Position numbers and translations under genes: made by a program. A DNA stretch of 64,000 nt from an uncultured Bacillota bacterium. Its GTDB lineage: Bacteria > Bacillota > Clostridia > Christensenellales > UBA1242. The notes below the pieces were generated by a model. That model was given only the letters and a program-made list of their open reading frames with translations. It made no database searches and was not told where the DNA came from. The stretch lies in contig CASDUK010000001.1 in assembly GCA_949283975.1 (NCBI GenBank), positions 218,764-282,763 on the forward strand, in the 5' to 3' direction. This document shows positions 39,498 to 49,059 of the stretch, one piece after another (position 1 is the first letter of the stretch; every line of letters starts with the position of its first letter).

Positions 39498-41138
39498 ATG
39501 ACAGATATTGAAATTTCAAGAAATTCAAAACTAAAAAATATTGTTAAAATTGCAAAACAGCTAAAATTAAAAGCTTCCGATTTGATTTTGTATGGAAATA
39601 AATTTGCAAAGATTTTAAACTATAAAAAGGGCAAAGAAAACGCAAAACTTGTTTTAGTTACAGCAATAAACCCAACGTCAAGCGGAATTGGAAAGACAAC
39701 AGTTTCAATTGGTCTTGCCGATGCTTTAAAAATTTTAAACAAGAAAGTTTGTCTTTCGCTTAGAGAGCCTTCGCTTGGGCCTGTTTTTGGAATTAAAGGC
39801 GGTGCAACTGGCGGCGGCTTTAGCCAAGTTGCGCCAATGGAAGACATAAATTTGCATTTTACTGGGGATTTCCACGCAATAACAAGCGCCAACAACCTTC
39901 TTTCAAGTTTGATTGATAACCACATTTTTCAAGGCAACGCGCTTGGGTTTAAAAAGGTTGTTTTTAAAAGGTGTTTGGATTTAAACGACAGAGCTTTAAG
40001 AGAAGTTGTTGTTTCAAAGAGCAACGGCGCAAAGCCGCGAGAAGAGGAGTTTACAATAACTGCGGCAAGTGAGGTTATGGCAATTCTTAGTTTGGCAAAG
40101 GATTTAGAAGACCTTAAACTTAGGCTTGGGAATATTCTTGTTGGCTATAACAAGAAAAACTTGCCAATTTTTGCAAGAGACCTATGCGCTGAGGACGCAA
40201 TGGCAATTTTGCTGAAAGATGCAATAAAACCAAATTTGGCTCAAACACTTGGCGGGTCGCCGGCTGTTATCCACTGTGGGCCTTTTGCAAACATAGCCCA
40301 TGGCTGTAGCAGTTTAATTGCAACAAACTTTGCAGTTAAAAATAGTGAGTTTGCAATAACTGAGGCTGGGTTTGGAAGCGATCTTGGCGCTGAAAAGTTC
40401 TTTGACATTGTTTGCAGAGAGGGGAATTTGTCGCCCTCTTGTGTCGTTTTGGTTGCAACGCTAAGGGCGCTTAAACTTCATGGCGGCGCAAGCTTAAGTG
40501 AACTTTCAATGAGAAATTTAGAAGCTCTTAAAAATGGCCTTTTAAATCTTGAAGCCCACATAAACATATTAAAAAACTTTAACATTCCAATTGTTGTTGA
40601 CTTAAATTTATTTAACGATGATTCTAACGAAGAAATTGAAATTGTTAAAAACTTTGTAACAGAAAAAGGCGTTTCTTTTGAAACATGCAACGTTTGGGGA
40701 AGGGGCGGATATGGCGCAATTAATCTTGCAAAAAAGGTTGTTTCAATTTCAGAAAAACCTTCTAAATTAAATTTAATTTATAAAAATGAAGAATCTGTTA
40801 AAACAAAAATTAAAAAACTTGCGCAAAAGGTTTATGGAGCGGATGGAGTTGAATATTTGGAGGAGGCGGAAAAGTCAATTAAGTTGCTTGAGAAAAACAA
40901 TTTTTCAAATCTTCCAATTTGTGTTGCCAAAACGCAATATAGCCTTTCAGACGATAAAAACCTAATTGGCGCGCCGCGAAATTTTAAAATTACTGTTAGA
41001 GATGTTGAAATTCGAAGCGGAGCAGGGTTTATTGTTGTTTTGCTTGGAGAAATGCTTTTAATGCCGGGGCTTGGAAAAGCGCCCGCTGCTTGTAAAATGA
41101 AAATTGACGAAAACGAGGTTATTGAAGGACTATTTTAG
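39498..41138 (+). CDS. fhs: Formate--tetrahydrofolate ligase
   Basis: TAINPTSSGIGKTTVSIGL, EPSLGPVFGIKGGATGGG, and PAVIHCGPFANIAHG fit Fhs. I moved the start to MTDIEI. Confidence 0.95.
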   Translation: MTDIEISRNSKLKNIVKIAKQLKLKASDLILYGNKFAKILNYKKGKENAKLVLVTAINPTSSGIGKTTVSIGLADALKILNKKVCLSLREPSLGPVFGIKGGATGGGFSQVAPMEDINLHFTGDFHAITSANNLLSSLIDNHIFQGNALGFKKVVFKRCLDLNDRALREVVVSKSNGAKPREEEFTITAASEVMAILSLAKDLEDLKLRLGNILVGYNKKNLPIFARDLCAEDAMAILLKDAIKPNLAQTLGGSPAVIHCGPFANIAHGCSSLIATNFAVKNSEFAITEAGFGSDLGAEKFFDIVCREGNLSPSCVVLVATLRALKLHGGASLSELSMRNLEALKNGLLNLEAHINILKNFNIPIVVDLNLFNDDSNEEIEIVKNFVTEKGVSFETCNVWGRGGYGAINLAKKVVSISEKPSKLNLIYKNEESVKTKIKKLAQKVYGADGVEYLEEAEKSIKLLEKNNFSNLPICVAKTQYSLSDDKNLIGAPRNFKITVRDVEIRSGAGFIVVLLGEMLLMPGLGKAPAACKMKIDENEVIEGLF

Positions 41139-41225
41139 TTTTTAACTTCGCGCAAATTTTGGCGAAGAATGCAACTCAGCTTACAGCAACGATTTAAAAA
41201 AATACATAAAGAAAAATCTTTAATG

Positions 41226-41254
41226 TTGACATTACTTTCATTTTGATATAGAAT
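41226..41254 (+). promoter_or_regulatory. SigA-type promoter of the LRR gene
   Basis: TTGACA-17 nt-TAGAAT ends 14 nt before the ATG, which leaves a very short leader with no Shine-Dalgarno sequence. Confidence 0.5.
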
Positions 41255-41268
41255 TGGCTTAGAAGAAT

Positions 41269-43440
41269 ATGGAAAAAAGATACGGTATCTTAACTTTGGT
41301 AAATAAAGAAGATATTGAATTGTTGGAGAAAAACCCTCGCAAGTTTTGGCGTAGGGTAACGTCAATTGGTGATTATGCTTTCCATTATTTTACCAGACTA
41401 ACCACAGTAGAAATCCCAGATAGTATAACGTCAATTGGCGAAGGTGCTTTCGGGGGTTGCGGTAGTTTAACCACAGTAAAAATCCCAGATAGTGTAACGT
41501 CAATTGGCAACTCTGCTTTCAAGGGTTGCAGAAGTTTAACCACAGTAGAAATCCCAGATAGTGTAACGTCAATTGGCGCTGGTGCTTTCTCTTATTGCAG
41601 CAGTTTAACCACAGTAGAAATCCCAGATAGTGTAACGTCAATTGGCAGCTCTGCTTTCAGCGATTGCAGCAGTTTAACCACAGTAGAAATCCCAGATAGT
41701 GTAACCTCAATTGGTGATTATGCTTTCTGTCATTGTACCAGCCTAACCAAAGTAAAAATCCCAGATAGTGTAACGTCAATTGGCGAAGATGCTTTCTTTA
41801 ATTGCAGCAGTTTAACCACAGTAGAAATCCCAGATAGTGTAACGTCAATTAGCATCTCTGCTTTCAGGGATTGCAGCAGTTTAACCACAGTAGAAATCTC
41901 AGATAGTATAACCTCAATTGGCGAAGATGCGTTTTCTGGCACAAATTTAACTTCAATAGTAATCCCAGATAGCGTAACTTCAATTGGAAAGAGAGCTTTT
42001 AACATCTCTTCATTAAAAAGAATTAAATATGGCGATTTAACCTTTAAAGAAGACAATAGGTTTGGTCATTGGGTTGTTGAATATAAGGGCAAACTTCTTA
42101 AATTCAATAGCCACCCAAATATGCTAGATTTTGGTTCAACATTAACTTTTGTTAAAGATGCACAGAGAAGAAACATAAACCTTCCATTTATTCCACATCA
42201 ATCGGTTGTTGAAAACTTAAAAATCGATGATGTTATCTTGTTTTTCGCGAATTCAAAGACATATAATTCTCTTTTAGAAGAATTTGCTGAGGAAAATGGA
42301 AAAGACAGACAATCTTTGATTTTATTGAAAAGAGAGGCACGAGAGGACTTTTTTAAGCTATGTTATGTTTCTGGCTTGTTTTCAAAAAATTCCAAGGAAA
42401 GGTTGGCAGCAGAAAAATTTATCAGAGAAGAAATTATTCCAAATTATTCAGAAGACAACCTACACGAAAGGTTTTCTGGATTAAATACAAAGCAGAACGG
42501 TTTTAACCCAAAATTTGCAGAATTTTTAATTGAAAATTTTCATGAAAATTTTTTAATCCAAGATATCTACGATTATGAAAATGGGAATGTTACAGTAAAT
42601 TATTTTTCTGAAGCATATAACAGATTTAATGAAGTTTTAAAGAACTTCCCAAACTCAGAAATTAGAACCAATACGGATAGAGATAGGTTAACAGAAAAAG
42701 ATGTTATCTCATTTTTATTAGCTATTAAATACGTAAATGTAAAGCACAAAACTTTAGCCGAAGTTGTTGGAAGATATGGCTACAGCCAAGAGCAGTTTAA
42801 AACTCTTCAAAGCTGGTTTGAAAAGGGAATACAAAAAGGAAGCAACCTTTCGGCTTTCCCAGACAATCCAAAAGGAAAAATTAAGTTTGAGCTTTTGAAA
42901 AAAGACAATCCTCTTGGGGCAGTTTTGGGGAATATTACAAACTGCTGCCAAAGAATTGATGACGCAGGCGAAAGCTGCGTTGAACATGGAATGAGCGACC
43001 CAAACGGCGGATTTGTTGTGCTTAAATATGAGAATAGAATAATTGGCCAGGCATGGGTTTGGTATAACAAAAGAATTAAAAAGCTTTGCTTTGATAACAT
43101 TGAAATTCCAAATTCTGCAAAGGGTTTGGTTAAGAAAAACGGAAAAGAATTTAAGGACTGTTTGACAAGAGCGGCAAAATCAATTTCTGAATCAATGACC
43201 AAAGCCGGCCACAAGGTTTCACTCGTTACGATGGGAGAGGGCTACAACGACCTTTTAGAGTCAATTTCTGAAGGCGAATTTAAGAAAATAAAAAACAACC
43301 TCCATGGCGGGGCGCCAGAAGGAAGGTATACCGATATAGAGGCCGGCGAACTTTTAATCCCATTTGCTCAGGCTGCTATCTCTTCTGGAGTCTTCGCAGA
43401 AAAGAAAGTTTTAAATCAACAATCAGAACTTGAAATTTAA
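41269..43440 (+). CDS. BspA-type leucine-rich-repeat protein with an unknown ~450 aa Cys-containing C-terminal domain
   Basis: There are ten 23-aa repeats of the form IPDSVTSIGxxAFxxCSSLTTVE. No signal peptide is present. The C-terminal region includes GNITNCCQRIDDAGESCVEHGMSDPNGGFVVLKYENRIIGQAWVWYNK. Confidence 0.8.
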   Translation: MEKRYGILTLVNKEDIELLEKNPRKFWRRVTSIGDYAFHYFTRLTTVEIPDSITSIGEGAFGGCGSLTTVKIPDSVTSIGNSAFKGCRSLTTVEIPDSVTSIGAGAFSYCSSLTTVEIPDSVTSIGSSAFSDCSSLTTVEIPDSVTSIGDYAFCHCTSLTKVKIPDSVTSIGEDAFFNCSSLTTVEIPDSVTSISISAFRDCSSLTTVEISDSITSIGEDAFSGTNLTSIVIPDSVTSIGKRAFNISSLKRIKYGDLTFKEDNRFGHWVVEYKGKLLKFNSHPNMLDFGSTLTFVKDAQRRNINLPFIPHQSVVENLKIDDVILFFANSKTYNSLLEEFAEENGKDRQSLILLKREAREDFFKLCYVSGLFSKNSKERLAAEKFIREEIIPNYSEDNLHERFSGLNTKQNGFNPKFAEFLIENFHENFLIQDIYDYENGNVTVNYFSEAYNRFNEVLKNFPNSEIRTNTDRDRLTEKDVISFLLAIKYVNVKHKTLAEVVGRYGYSQEQFKTLQSWFEKGIQKGSNLSAFPDNPKGKIKFELLKKDNPLGAVLGNITNCCQRIDDAGESCVEHGMSDPNGGFVVLKYENRIIGQAWVWYNKRIKKLCFDNIEIPNSAKGLVKKNGKEFKDCLTRAAKSISESMTKAGHKVSLVTMGEGYNDLLESISEGEFKKIKNNLHGGAPEGRYTDIEAGELLIPFAQAAISSGVFAEKKVLNQQSELEI
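41359..42034 (+). repeat. Tandem 69-bp coding repeats (LRR units) with long identical DNA stretches
   Basis: AGTTTAACCACAGTAGAAATCCCAGATAGTGTAACGTCAATTGGC recurs almost unchanged at 69-bp spacing. Confidence 0.9.
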
Positions 43441-43523
43441 ATTAGGCTGTGATATTTAGATATAAAAAAGAACCTGTTAACGCAGATTCTTTTTTTTGAT
43501 TGTTTAAGATCAGATAAACCACT

Positions 43524-44861
43524 CTAAATTTTGATGTATTTATTTTTTCTTCTAAGTAGCCAGTTCATAATTGTTAGCCCAGCAAGCAAAACAAGAGCAA
43601 TTGGAATTGCAGCCCAAACGCTAAGCGACGCTAATTGGGCTTCTAACAAACCGCCAAGCAGCATTCCAACAACAAAGATTATTGTTGTGTAAGTTAAAAT
43701 TGCGTTGCTTCCCCAAATTTCAAAGAAATCGAACTTAGGTTTCCAGTTGTTAATGCAGTTTAATCCGCCCCAAATCATAGCAGCAATTGCAACGCAGAAC
43801 ATTGCATAAACAGGGGTGCAACCTCTTTTAGCAGCAACAAAATCAAAACCAACAATCAAAACAACTGAAACAAGCAAAATTAAAGATGTTAAAGTCCAAT
43901 ATTTTTTGCTGTCATCTTTAAGTTCAAAGAAAATTGAGCCCAAAAGCAGTATGCATGCCCAGCTGAAACCGCCAATTATTCCGCCTTCCAAAATTGATTT
44001 TGCAAGCGGGAAAAGGCCGTTTTGCATTAAAATTGTTAATACTGTGAAAGCAATGACAACAATTGCAAACTTTCCACCTTTCTTAAACTTAACAAATGGA
44101 AGGGCAATTAAGCCGGCAAGACCAATGTTTTGAAGAGTGTCCCATTCCCAGCCGCCATATCTTTCGCCTGTTTCTGGAAGCGTAATCTTTTCTGCTGTTG
44201 CAACTAAAATGAAGAACAAGGCCAAAATTCCGGCAATTGCAAGCGTGTATTTAAACAAAACTTCTGCAATGGTTTTAAATTTTTCATGTTTAACGAATTT
44301 AGAAACAATGTAGACAATTAAAAGAGCAATTGCAATCCAGAACATAACTGAATAAATCTGAATTTGAATTGAAAGTTCTGAAAATGTTTTATCTCCAAGG
44401 AAAATGTCAACCCAGCCGCTTTCAAAGCCGTTGAACAAAATTCCAATTCCAATTAGGCATAAAAACCTTAGCGCAAGTTGGAAATATGCTCTTGTTGTTC
44501 CAAATTTTTCTTCCCTTGCCTTAAAGCTTTTGCAGATTGTAAGGCCAATAACAAAGATGAACATTGCGGCAAACAAATCGGCAAAAGAAATTCCAGGCAG
44601 AATTTGAAATCCTTTATCCCCATGCTCAACAACAGGCGCTAAGAAGTTGAAACATGAAAACAAGGGAAAGATAAAACTGCAAGCCATAAGGAACATGCAA
44701 AGCCCTCTGAATCTATCGATTGAAAGGATTCGTTCCTTCTTAACAACAACTCCCGCATTTTTATCCGCAATCACTTGCTCGGCAGAAACTTCTTGCTTGT
44801 CTTCATTTTGCAAAGCAGAATTTTCGGCACCCTCTGTTTTTTCATTTGTTTTTTCTTCCAA
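43524..44861 (-). CDS. Polytopic membrane protein, HGSNAT/DUF1624-like putative transmembrane acyltransferase (paralog 2)
   Basis: ILSIDRFRGLCMFLM, ILPGISFADLFAAMFIFVIGLT, and about 11 hydrophobic spans fit the family. I moved the start to the TTG at 44861, six nt after AAAGGAGG, which removes the overlap with the upstream paralog. Confidence 0.65.
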   Translation of the reverse strand: MEEKTNEKTEGAENSALQNEDKQEVSAEQVIADKNAGVVVKKERILSIDRFRGLCMFLMACSFIFPLFSCFNFLAPVVEHGDKGFQILPGISFADLFAAMFIFVIGLTICKSFKAREEKFGTTRAYFQLALRFLCLIGIGILFNGFESGWVDIFLGDKTFSELSIQIQIYSVMFWIAIALLIVYIVSKFVKHEKFKTIAEVLFKYTLAIAGILALFFILVATAEKITLPETGERYGGWEWDTLQNIGLAGLIALPFVKFKKGGKFAIVVIAFTVLTILMQNGLFPLAKSILEGGIIGGFSWACILLLGSIFFELKDDSKKYWTLTSLILLVSVVLIVGFDFVAAKRGCTPVYAMFCVAIAAMIWGGLNCINNWKPKFDFFEIWGSNAILTYTTIIFVVGMLLGGLLEAQLASLSVWAAIPIALVLLAGLTIMNWLLRRKNKYIKI

Positions 44862-44875
44862 GTTTTTTCCTCCTT

Positions 44876-46147
44876 TTATAAACTTATTGATTTTTTCTTT
44901 TTCGCAAGTAGGAATGCAAAGGCCGTTAGCCCAACAACTGCAATTATGGCTTGAATTATTGCAAGCCAAACAGACGCGCCTCCAAGTGCAGATTGTGGCA
45001 TTAAAGAAGTGTAAAGCCCTATCACGAAAAATTCAACCAAAAACATTATTATTGGGTTTTTGCCCCACCAAACAAGAGGATCGAATTTTGATTTATGAAA
45101 TTTGTCCAACAAATCGAAAACAACGAAAATCAAGCCGCTAAGCCCAACGCCAACTAATATAAATGTTGGAGAACAGCTTCCCATGTTGATTGTTCCAAGC
45201 CACTGTGTTAGGAAAACACCAATTGCACAGAATAGAGCAGAAACAATTAGCGCAGGATATTTTTTCTTAAAATAAAGGTCTGCAATAAACATGTCGAAAA
45301 TCAACATCGCGCCCCAACCAAAGCCGCCAACAACGCCGCCATGAACAATTGCATCAAGAAGCTCTCTGTTGTTTCCAAGTTGGTGATAAACAGTAAACAA
45401 AATTGCAATAACTAAGGCGCCCAAAAATTTAACCCATGTCTTTGCCTTAACAAAGGGCAGAGCAATTAAAATTGCAAATCCAATTCCTTGAAGAGTAACC
45501 CAATAACTATAAATTGTTCCTTGTCCGCTAACAATGCTTGCATAATCTATTGAAGTTATTATTATGTTAATAATTCCAAGACAGGAAAGAGCAACATAAA
45601 AAATTTGTTCGCTAATGATTGAAAATTTTCCCTTTAAAGAAGGAATTAAAGCAAGAAGCCTTAAAATTAGGCCAAGGATTGCGGCAAACGAAAAAGCGGC
45701 AACAACCCAATCAACAGCGTTAAAAGTATAATCTCCGCCGAACATATCCAAAAATTTATTACATAAATCCAGAAATGTTCCAACGCCAATTATTGCCAAA
45801 GCCCTTTCAAGATAGTGAATTATTGCATGTTTTGTTCCATAAAGCCTTTGCCATTTGTTGAAGGAAAGCGCAAAGGTTAGGCCAATTGCAAAAATAAAAG
45901 CAGGGGCGATTATGTCTGCAAGCGTCATTCCAGGCAAAATCACAATTCCGTTTTCAAGAGAGTGATCTGCAAGGCGCGATAAAAAGCCCAAACTTTCAAA
46001 GTTTTTCAAAAATTGAAAAATTAACATTGCAAAAACGCAAAAGCCTCTAAATCTGTCAATGCTTTTAATTCTTTTTTCAGCCTTAGAACTTTCCTCGCCC
46101 ATGTTGGGGGAGTTTTGCAAATTAATTTCCTTTGTGTTAGCTTCCAT
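44876..46147 (-). CDS. Polytopic membrane protein, HGSNAT/DUF1624-like putative transmembrane acyltransferase (paralog 1)
   Basis: IKSIDRFRGFCVFAMLIF, VILPGMTLADIIAPAFIFAIGLT, and LQGIGFAILIALPFVKAK fit the family. I moved the start to MEANTKE after AAGGAG. Confidence 0.65.
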   Translation of the reverse strand: MEANTKEINLQNSPNMGEESSKAEKRIKSIDRFRGFCVFAMLIFQFLKNFESLGFLSRLADHSLENGIVILPGMTLADIIAPAFIFAIGLTFALSFNKWQRLYGTKHAIIHYLERALAIIGVGTFLDLCNKFLDMFGGDYTFNAVDWVVAAFSFAAILGLILRLLALIPSLKGKFSIISEQIFYVALSCLGIINIIITSIDYASIVSGQGTIYSYWVTLQGIGFAILIALPFVKAKTWVKFLGALVIAILFTVYHQLGNNRELLDAIVHGGVVGGFGWGAMLIFDMFIADLYFKKKYPALIVSALFCAIGVFLTQWLGTINMGSCSPTFILVGVGLSGLIFVVFDLLDKFHKSKFDPLVWWGKNPIIMFLVEFFVIGLYTSLMPQSALGGASVWLAIIQAIIAVVGLTAFAFLLAKKKKSISL

Positions 46148-46157
46148 AACTTTCTCC

Positions 46158-47747
46158 TTAAAGTATTTCAAATTTTTTATAATCAACCTTTCCAAAGCTT
46201 GTTCTGGGCATTTCTTCAATAATTTCAATCAGCCTTGGCCAAGAATATTTAATTAAGTTTTTAAAACATAACTCAAAGAGTTCACGCTTAATTTTTTCTT
46301 TATTAAACTCTTTAATTTTTAAAGATACATAAAGTTTTATATATGTTTTTTCGTTATAGTGATATGGAACTGCGCAAGCTTCGTCAACATCTGGGTGGGT
46401 TTTAACAAGGTTTTCTATTTCAGATGGAAAAATGTTTATTGCGTTAATTTTGATTGACCTCTTTTTTCTGTCCAATATAAATAAAAAGCCTTCTTTATCC
46501 ATATATCCAAGGTCGCCAGTTTTAACCCAAATTTTGTCACCTTTAACAACATAGCCCTGGCCGTCCAAATATCCCACCATAACAGAAGGGGAGTTTACAA
46601 CAACTTCGCCAATTGTGTTTGGCTTTAAGGGCTTTTCCTTTTCGTCCCAAATTTGAATTTCGGTGTTTGGAATTGGCCTTCCACAGCTGTATTTTTTATA
46701 ATTCTCAAAGGTGTTAACGGCGCAAACGCTGCTAACCTCTGTTAGCCCATAACCTCTCATCAATCTTGCCGAGGACTTATGCATTTCCATAATCGTGTCA
46801 AAGTGTTCAACAAAAGATTCGTTTAAAACATCTCCGCCACACCATAAATCTCTCAACTTTGAAAGATGTTTTCCATAAAATTTTTTATGCTCAATCATTT
46901 TCTTAAACATAATTGGAACGCCGGCCATGAATGTTACATTATAGCGCTTTATATATTTAATTAATTTTTTAGGCGCAAATTTTGGAACGAGAATTAAGCT
47001 GTATTTGTTTGTTAAACATGTGTGAACGGCAACTCCAAGCCCATAGGCATGGAACATTGGAAGAGCAACAAGGCCAAATTCTGTTCCCCTTTCCTTTCTG
47101 GTATACATTTTTTCAAGCGAAACGCTTAAATTGTTTAGCGCGTTGTTTGACAACTTAACAATCTTCGGCTCTCCGCTTGTTCCTCCGCTGTGCATAGTGC
47201 AAACAACGTCGTTTCCCTTTCCGCCAACTCTTAAAAAGTTTAACGGAGACTGGGTTGTTTTGTGGCTAACGAGTTTTGAATATTTAAGCGCCTTTGTGCA
47301 TGTTTTGGTTTTAATTTTCACATAAAGCGAATATATTCCCTTTCTAAATATTACATAGTTTGAAATTGAACAATTTATTAAAATTTGGTTTAAGCTTGCC
47401 AGTTGCTTTTGATCTTTAATTAATAGATCATAAAACATTAAAGCTTTTGAGTTTGTTTGCTTTAAATTTTCTCTTAAATTTTCAATTGGCATAAGCGGGT
47501 GGACAATGTTTGCAATTGCGCCAATTTTCGAACATGCATAAAAAGCAACAATTGCCTGGGGACAGGTTGGAAGATAGATTGTTAAAACATCTCCCTTTTT
47601 AAACCCTAATTCTATTAGTGACAGAGAAAATTCATTAATGTCTTTAATAAACTTATGTAAAACAATTTTATGCCCATTGAATATAATTGAACCCTTTTTA
47701 AGGTCGCAATTATTAATTAACATTTCATAACAAGTTTGATTTTCCAT
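46158..47747 (-). CDS. Adenylate-forming enzyme (acyl-CoA/acyl-AMP ligase, ANL superfamily)
   Basis: TMHSGGTSGEPKIVKLSN (A3), GYGLTE (A5), TGDLGYMD (A7), and SFGKVDYKKF (A10 Lys) fit the ANL superfamily. Confidence 0.85.
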   Translation of the reverse strand: MENQTCYEMLINNCDLKKGSIIFNGHKIVLHKFIKDINEFSLSLIELGFKKGDVLTIYLPTCPQAIVAFYACSKIGAIANIVHPLMPIENLRENLKQTNSKALMFYDLLIKDQKQLASLNQILINCSISNYVIFRKGIYSLYVKIKTKTCTKALKYSKLVSHKTTQSPLNFLRVGGKGNDVVCTMHSGGTSGEPKIVKLSNNALNNLSVSLEKMYTRKERGTEFGLVALPMFHAYGLGVAVHTCLTNKYSLILVPKFAPKKLIKYIKRYNVTFMAGVPIMFKKMIEHKKFYGKHLSKLRDLWCGGDVLNESFVEHFDTIMEMHKSSARLMRGYGLTEVSSVCAVNTFENYKKYSCGRPIPNTEIQIWDEKEKPLKPNTIGEVVVNSPSVMVGYLDGQGYVVKGDKIWVKTGDLGYMDKEGFLFILDRKKRSIKINAINIFPSEIENLVKTHPDVDEACAVPYHYNEKTYIKLYVSLKIKEFNKEKIKRELFELCFKNLIKYSWPRLIEIIEEMPRTSFGKVDYKKFEIL

Positions 47748-48027
47748 ATGTTTCTATCGCAACAAATTTAAGAATATCATATTTTGTTGGATTTACAAAC
47801 AAAATCATATTATTATTTGACATTTTAAATGTTTTAATTGCATAACCGCAAATTTTACAAAACCACATTTTCGCTTTATCATTTTACTTGATTGTTGCGA
47901 AAGATTTTAAGCCTTTACAGTTGCATTTTTATAGATAAACGGCGTAATATTTTCCACAAAAAACAGCATCTAAAACACATCTTTTACTTTTTGTTATATA
48001 AAATAATCTTCTTTAATACCATACTAT

Positions 48028-48711
48028 ATGAGATTTTTAATTATAAAAAAGAAGGCGCTTTTAATTGGGCTTGCCCTTTTGCTTTCATTTGCAAGCGTTG
48101 TTTCCTTTGCTGTTACATCTGCAACAGCATCACCAAAACCACAATACACAGTTGTTATAGATGCAGGGCATGGAGGAATTGACCCCGGATGTGAGGGAAC
48201 GCTTGAGGGCAGTAATGAAAGAGTGCTAAATCTTCACTATGCAAAAACGCTTAAAAAATATTTTGAGAGTTATGGATTTGGTGTTGTCATGACGCGAACA
48301 ACAACAGACGGGCTTTATTCTTCCTTTGCCCAAAATAAGAAAAAAGACGACATGCTAAAGCGAAAGGAAATCATAGACAAGGCCAAGGCGGATTTAATTT
48401 TAAGCTTGCACATGAACGCCTTTCCTCAAACATCTGTTAGAGGAGCCCAAGTTTATTACAACCCAGAAAGTGAGGTCTCAACAAATTTGGCACAGTCAAT
48501 TCAAGAGACTTTTGTTTCTGATCTTCCACAGGCAAAGAAAAACCCTGGGATAGGGGATTATTACATTTTAAACTGTTCCAACACGCCGGCGGTTATTGTT
48601 GAATGTGGTTTTTTAAGTAATCCAGAAGAGGAAAAGTTGCTTCTTTCTCAAGATTATCAAGAGAAAGTTTGTTATTCAATTTTATGTGGTGTAATTAAAT
48701 ATTTTGGATAA
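48028..48711 (+). CDS. cwlD: N-acetylmuramoyl-L-alanine amidase (CwlD-like, germination-specific)
   Basis: A signal/TM segment, VVIDAGHGGIDPGCEG, LSLHMNAF, and ECGFLSNPEE fit CwlD. Confidence 0.8.
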   Translation: MRFLIIKKKALLIGLALLLSFASVVSFAVTSATASPKPQYTVVIDAGHGGIDPGCEGTLEGSNERVLNLHYAKTLKKYFESYGFGVVMTRTTTDGLYSSFAQNKKKDDMLKRKEIIDKAKADLILSLHMNAFPQTSVRGAQVYYNPESEVSTNLAQSIQETFVSDLPQAKKNPGIGDYYILNCSNTPAVIVECGFLSNPEEEKLLLSQDYQEKVCYSILCGVIKYFG

Positions 48712-48768
48712 AAGTTTTGAAAAAAGATATAATTGTGTTATATATAAAATATTAACATTGGAGGACAT

Positions 48769-48993
48769 ATGAAAAAAGAAAAAATTAGAAACACTTGTGA
48801 CAATGTTTTTACCAAAGACACGACGATTGGTGAGGTTATCTCAACTAATTCTGATTTAACAAAAATTCTTGAAGGTTTTGGGCTTCATTGTCTAGGGTGT
48901 CCAATGAGCCAAATGGAAACTCTTGAGCAGGCAAGCGAGGTTCATGGAATTGACCTTGATTTTATGCTTGAAAAACTTAATCAAAACAAATAA
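48769..48993 (+). CDS. DUF1858-like small protein (hybrid-cluster-protein-associated redox disulfide domain)
   Basis: TIGEVISTNSDLTKILEGFGLHCLGCPMSQMETLEQASEVHGID matches the domain. Confidence 0.7.
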   Translation: MKKEKIRNTCDNVFTKDTTIGEVISTNSDLTKILEGFGLHCLGCPMSQMETLEQASEVHGIDLDFMLEKLNQNK

Positions 48994-49059
48994 AGCCGGA
49001 TAACCGGTTTTTTTAAAAATGAATAGTACACTATATGTTGTGGTGTTATGTGAGGTAGT

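Noticed and set aside
41359-42034. Regularly spaced 69-bp repeats as a possible CRISPR array.
   Set aside because: The repeats are contiguous, in frame, and encode LRR units within a single long ORF. There are no unique spacers, and no cas genes occur in the window.
47725-47868. A 47-aa minus-strand ORF, MWFCKICGYAIKTFKMSNNN..., overlaps the start of the ligase gene and has a rubredoxin-like CxxCGY motif.
   Set aside because: It has no RBS, only one Cys pair, and low-complexity AT-driven sequence. I cannot support it without homologs.
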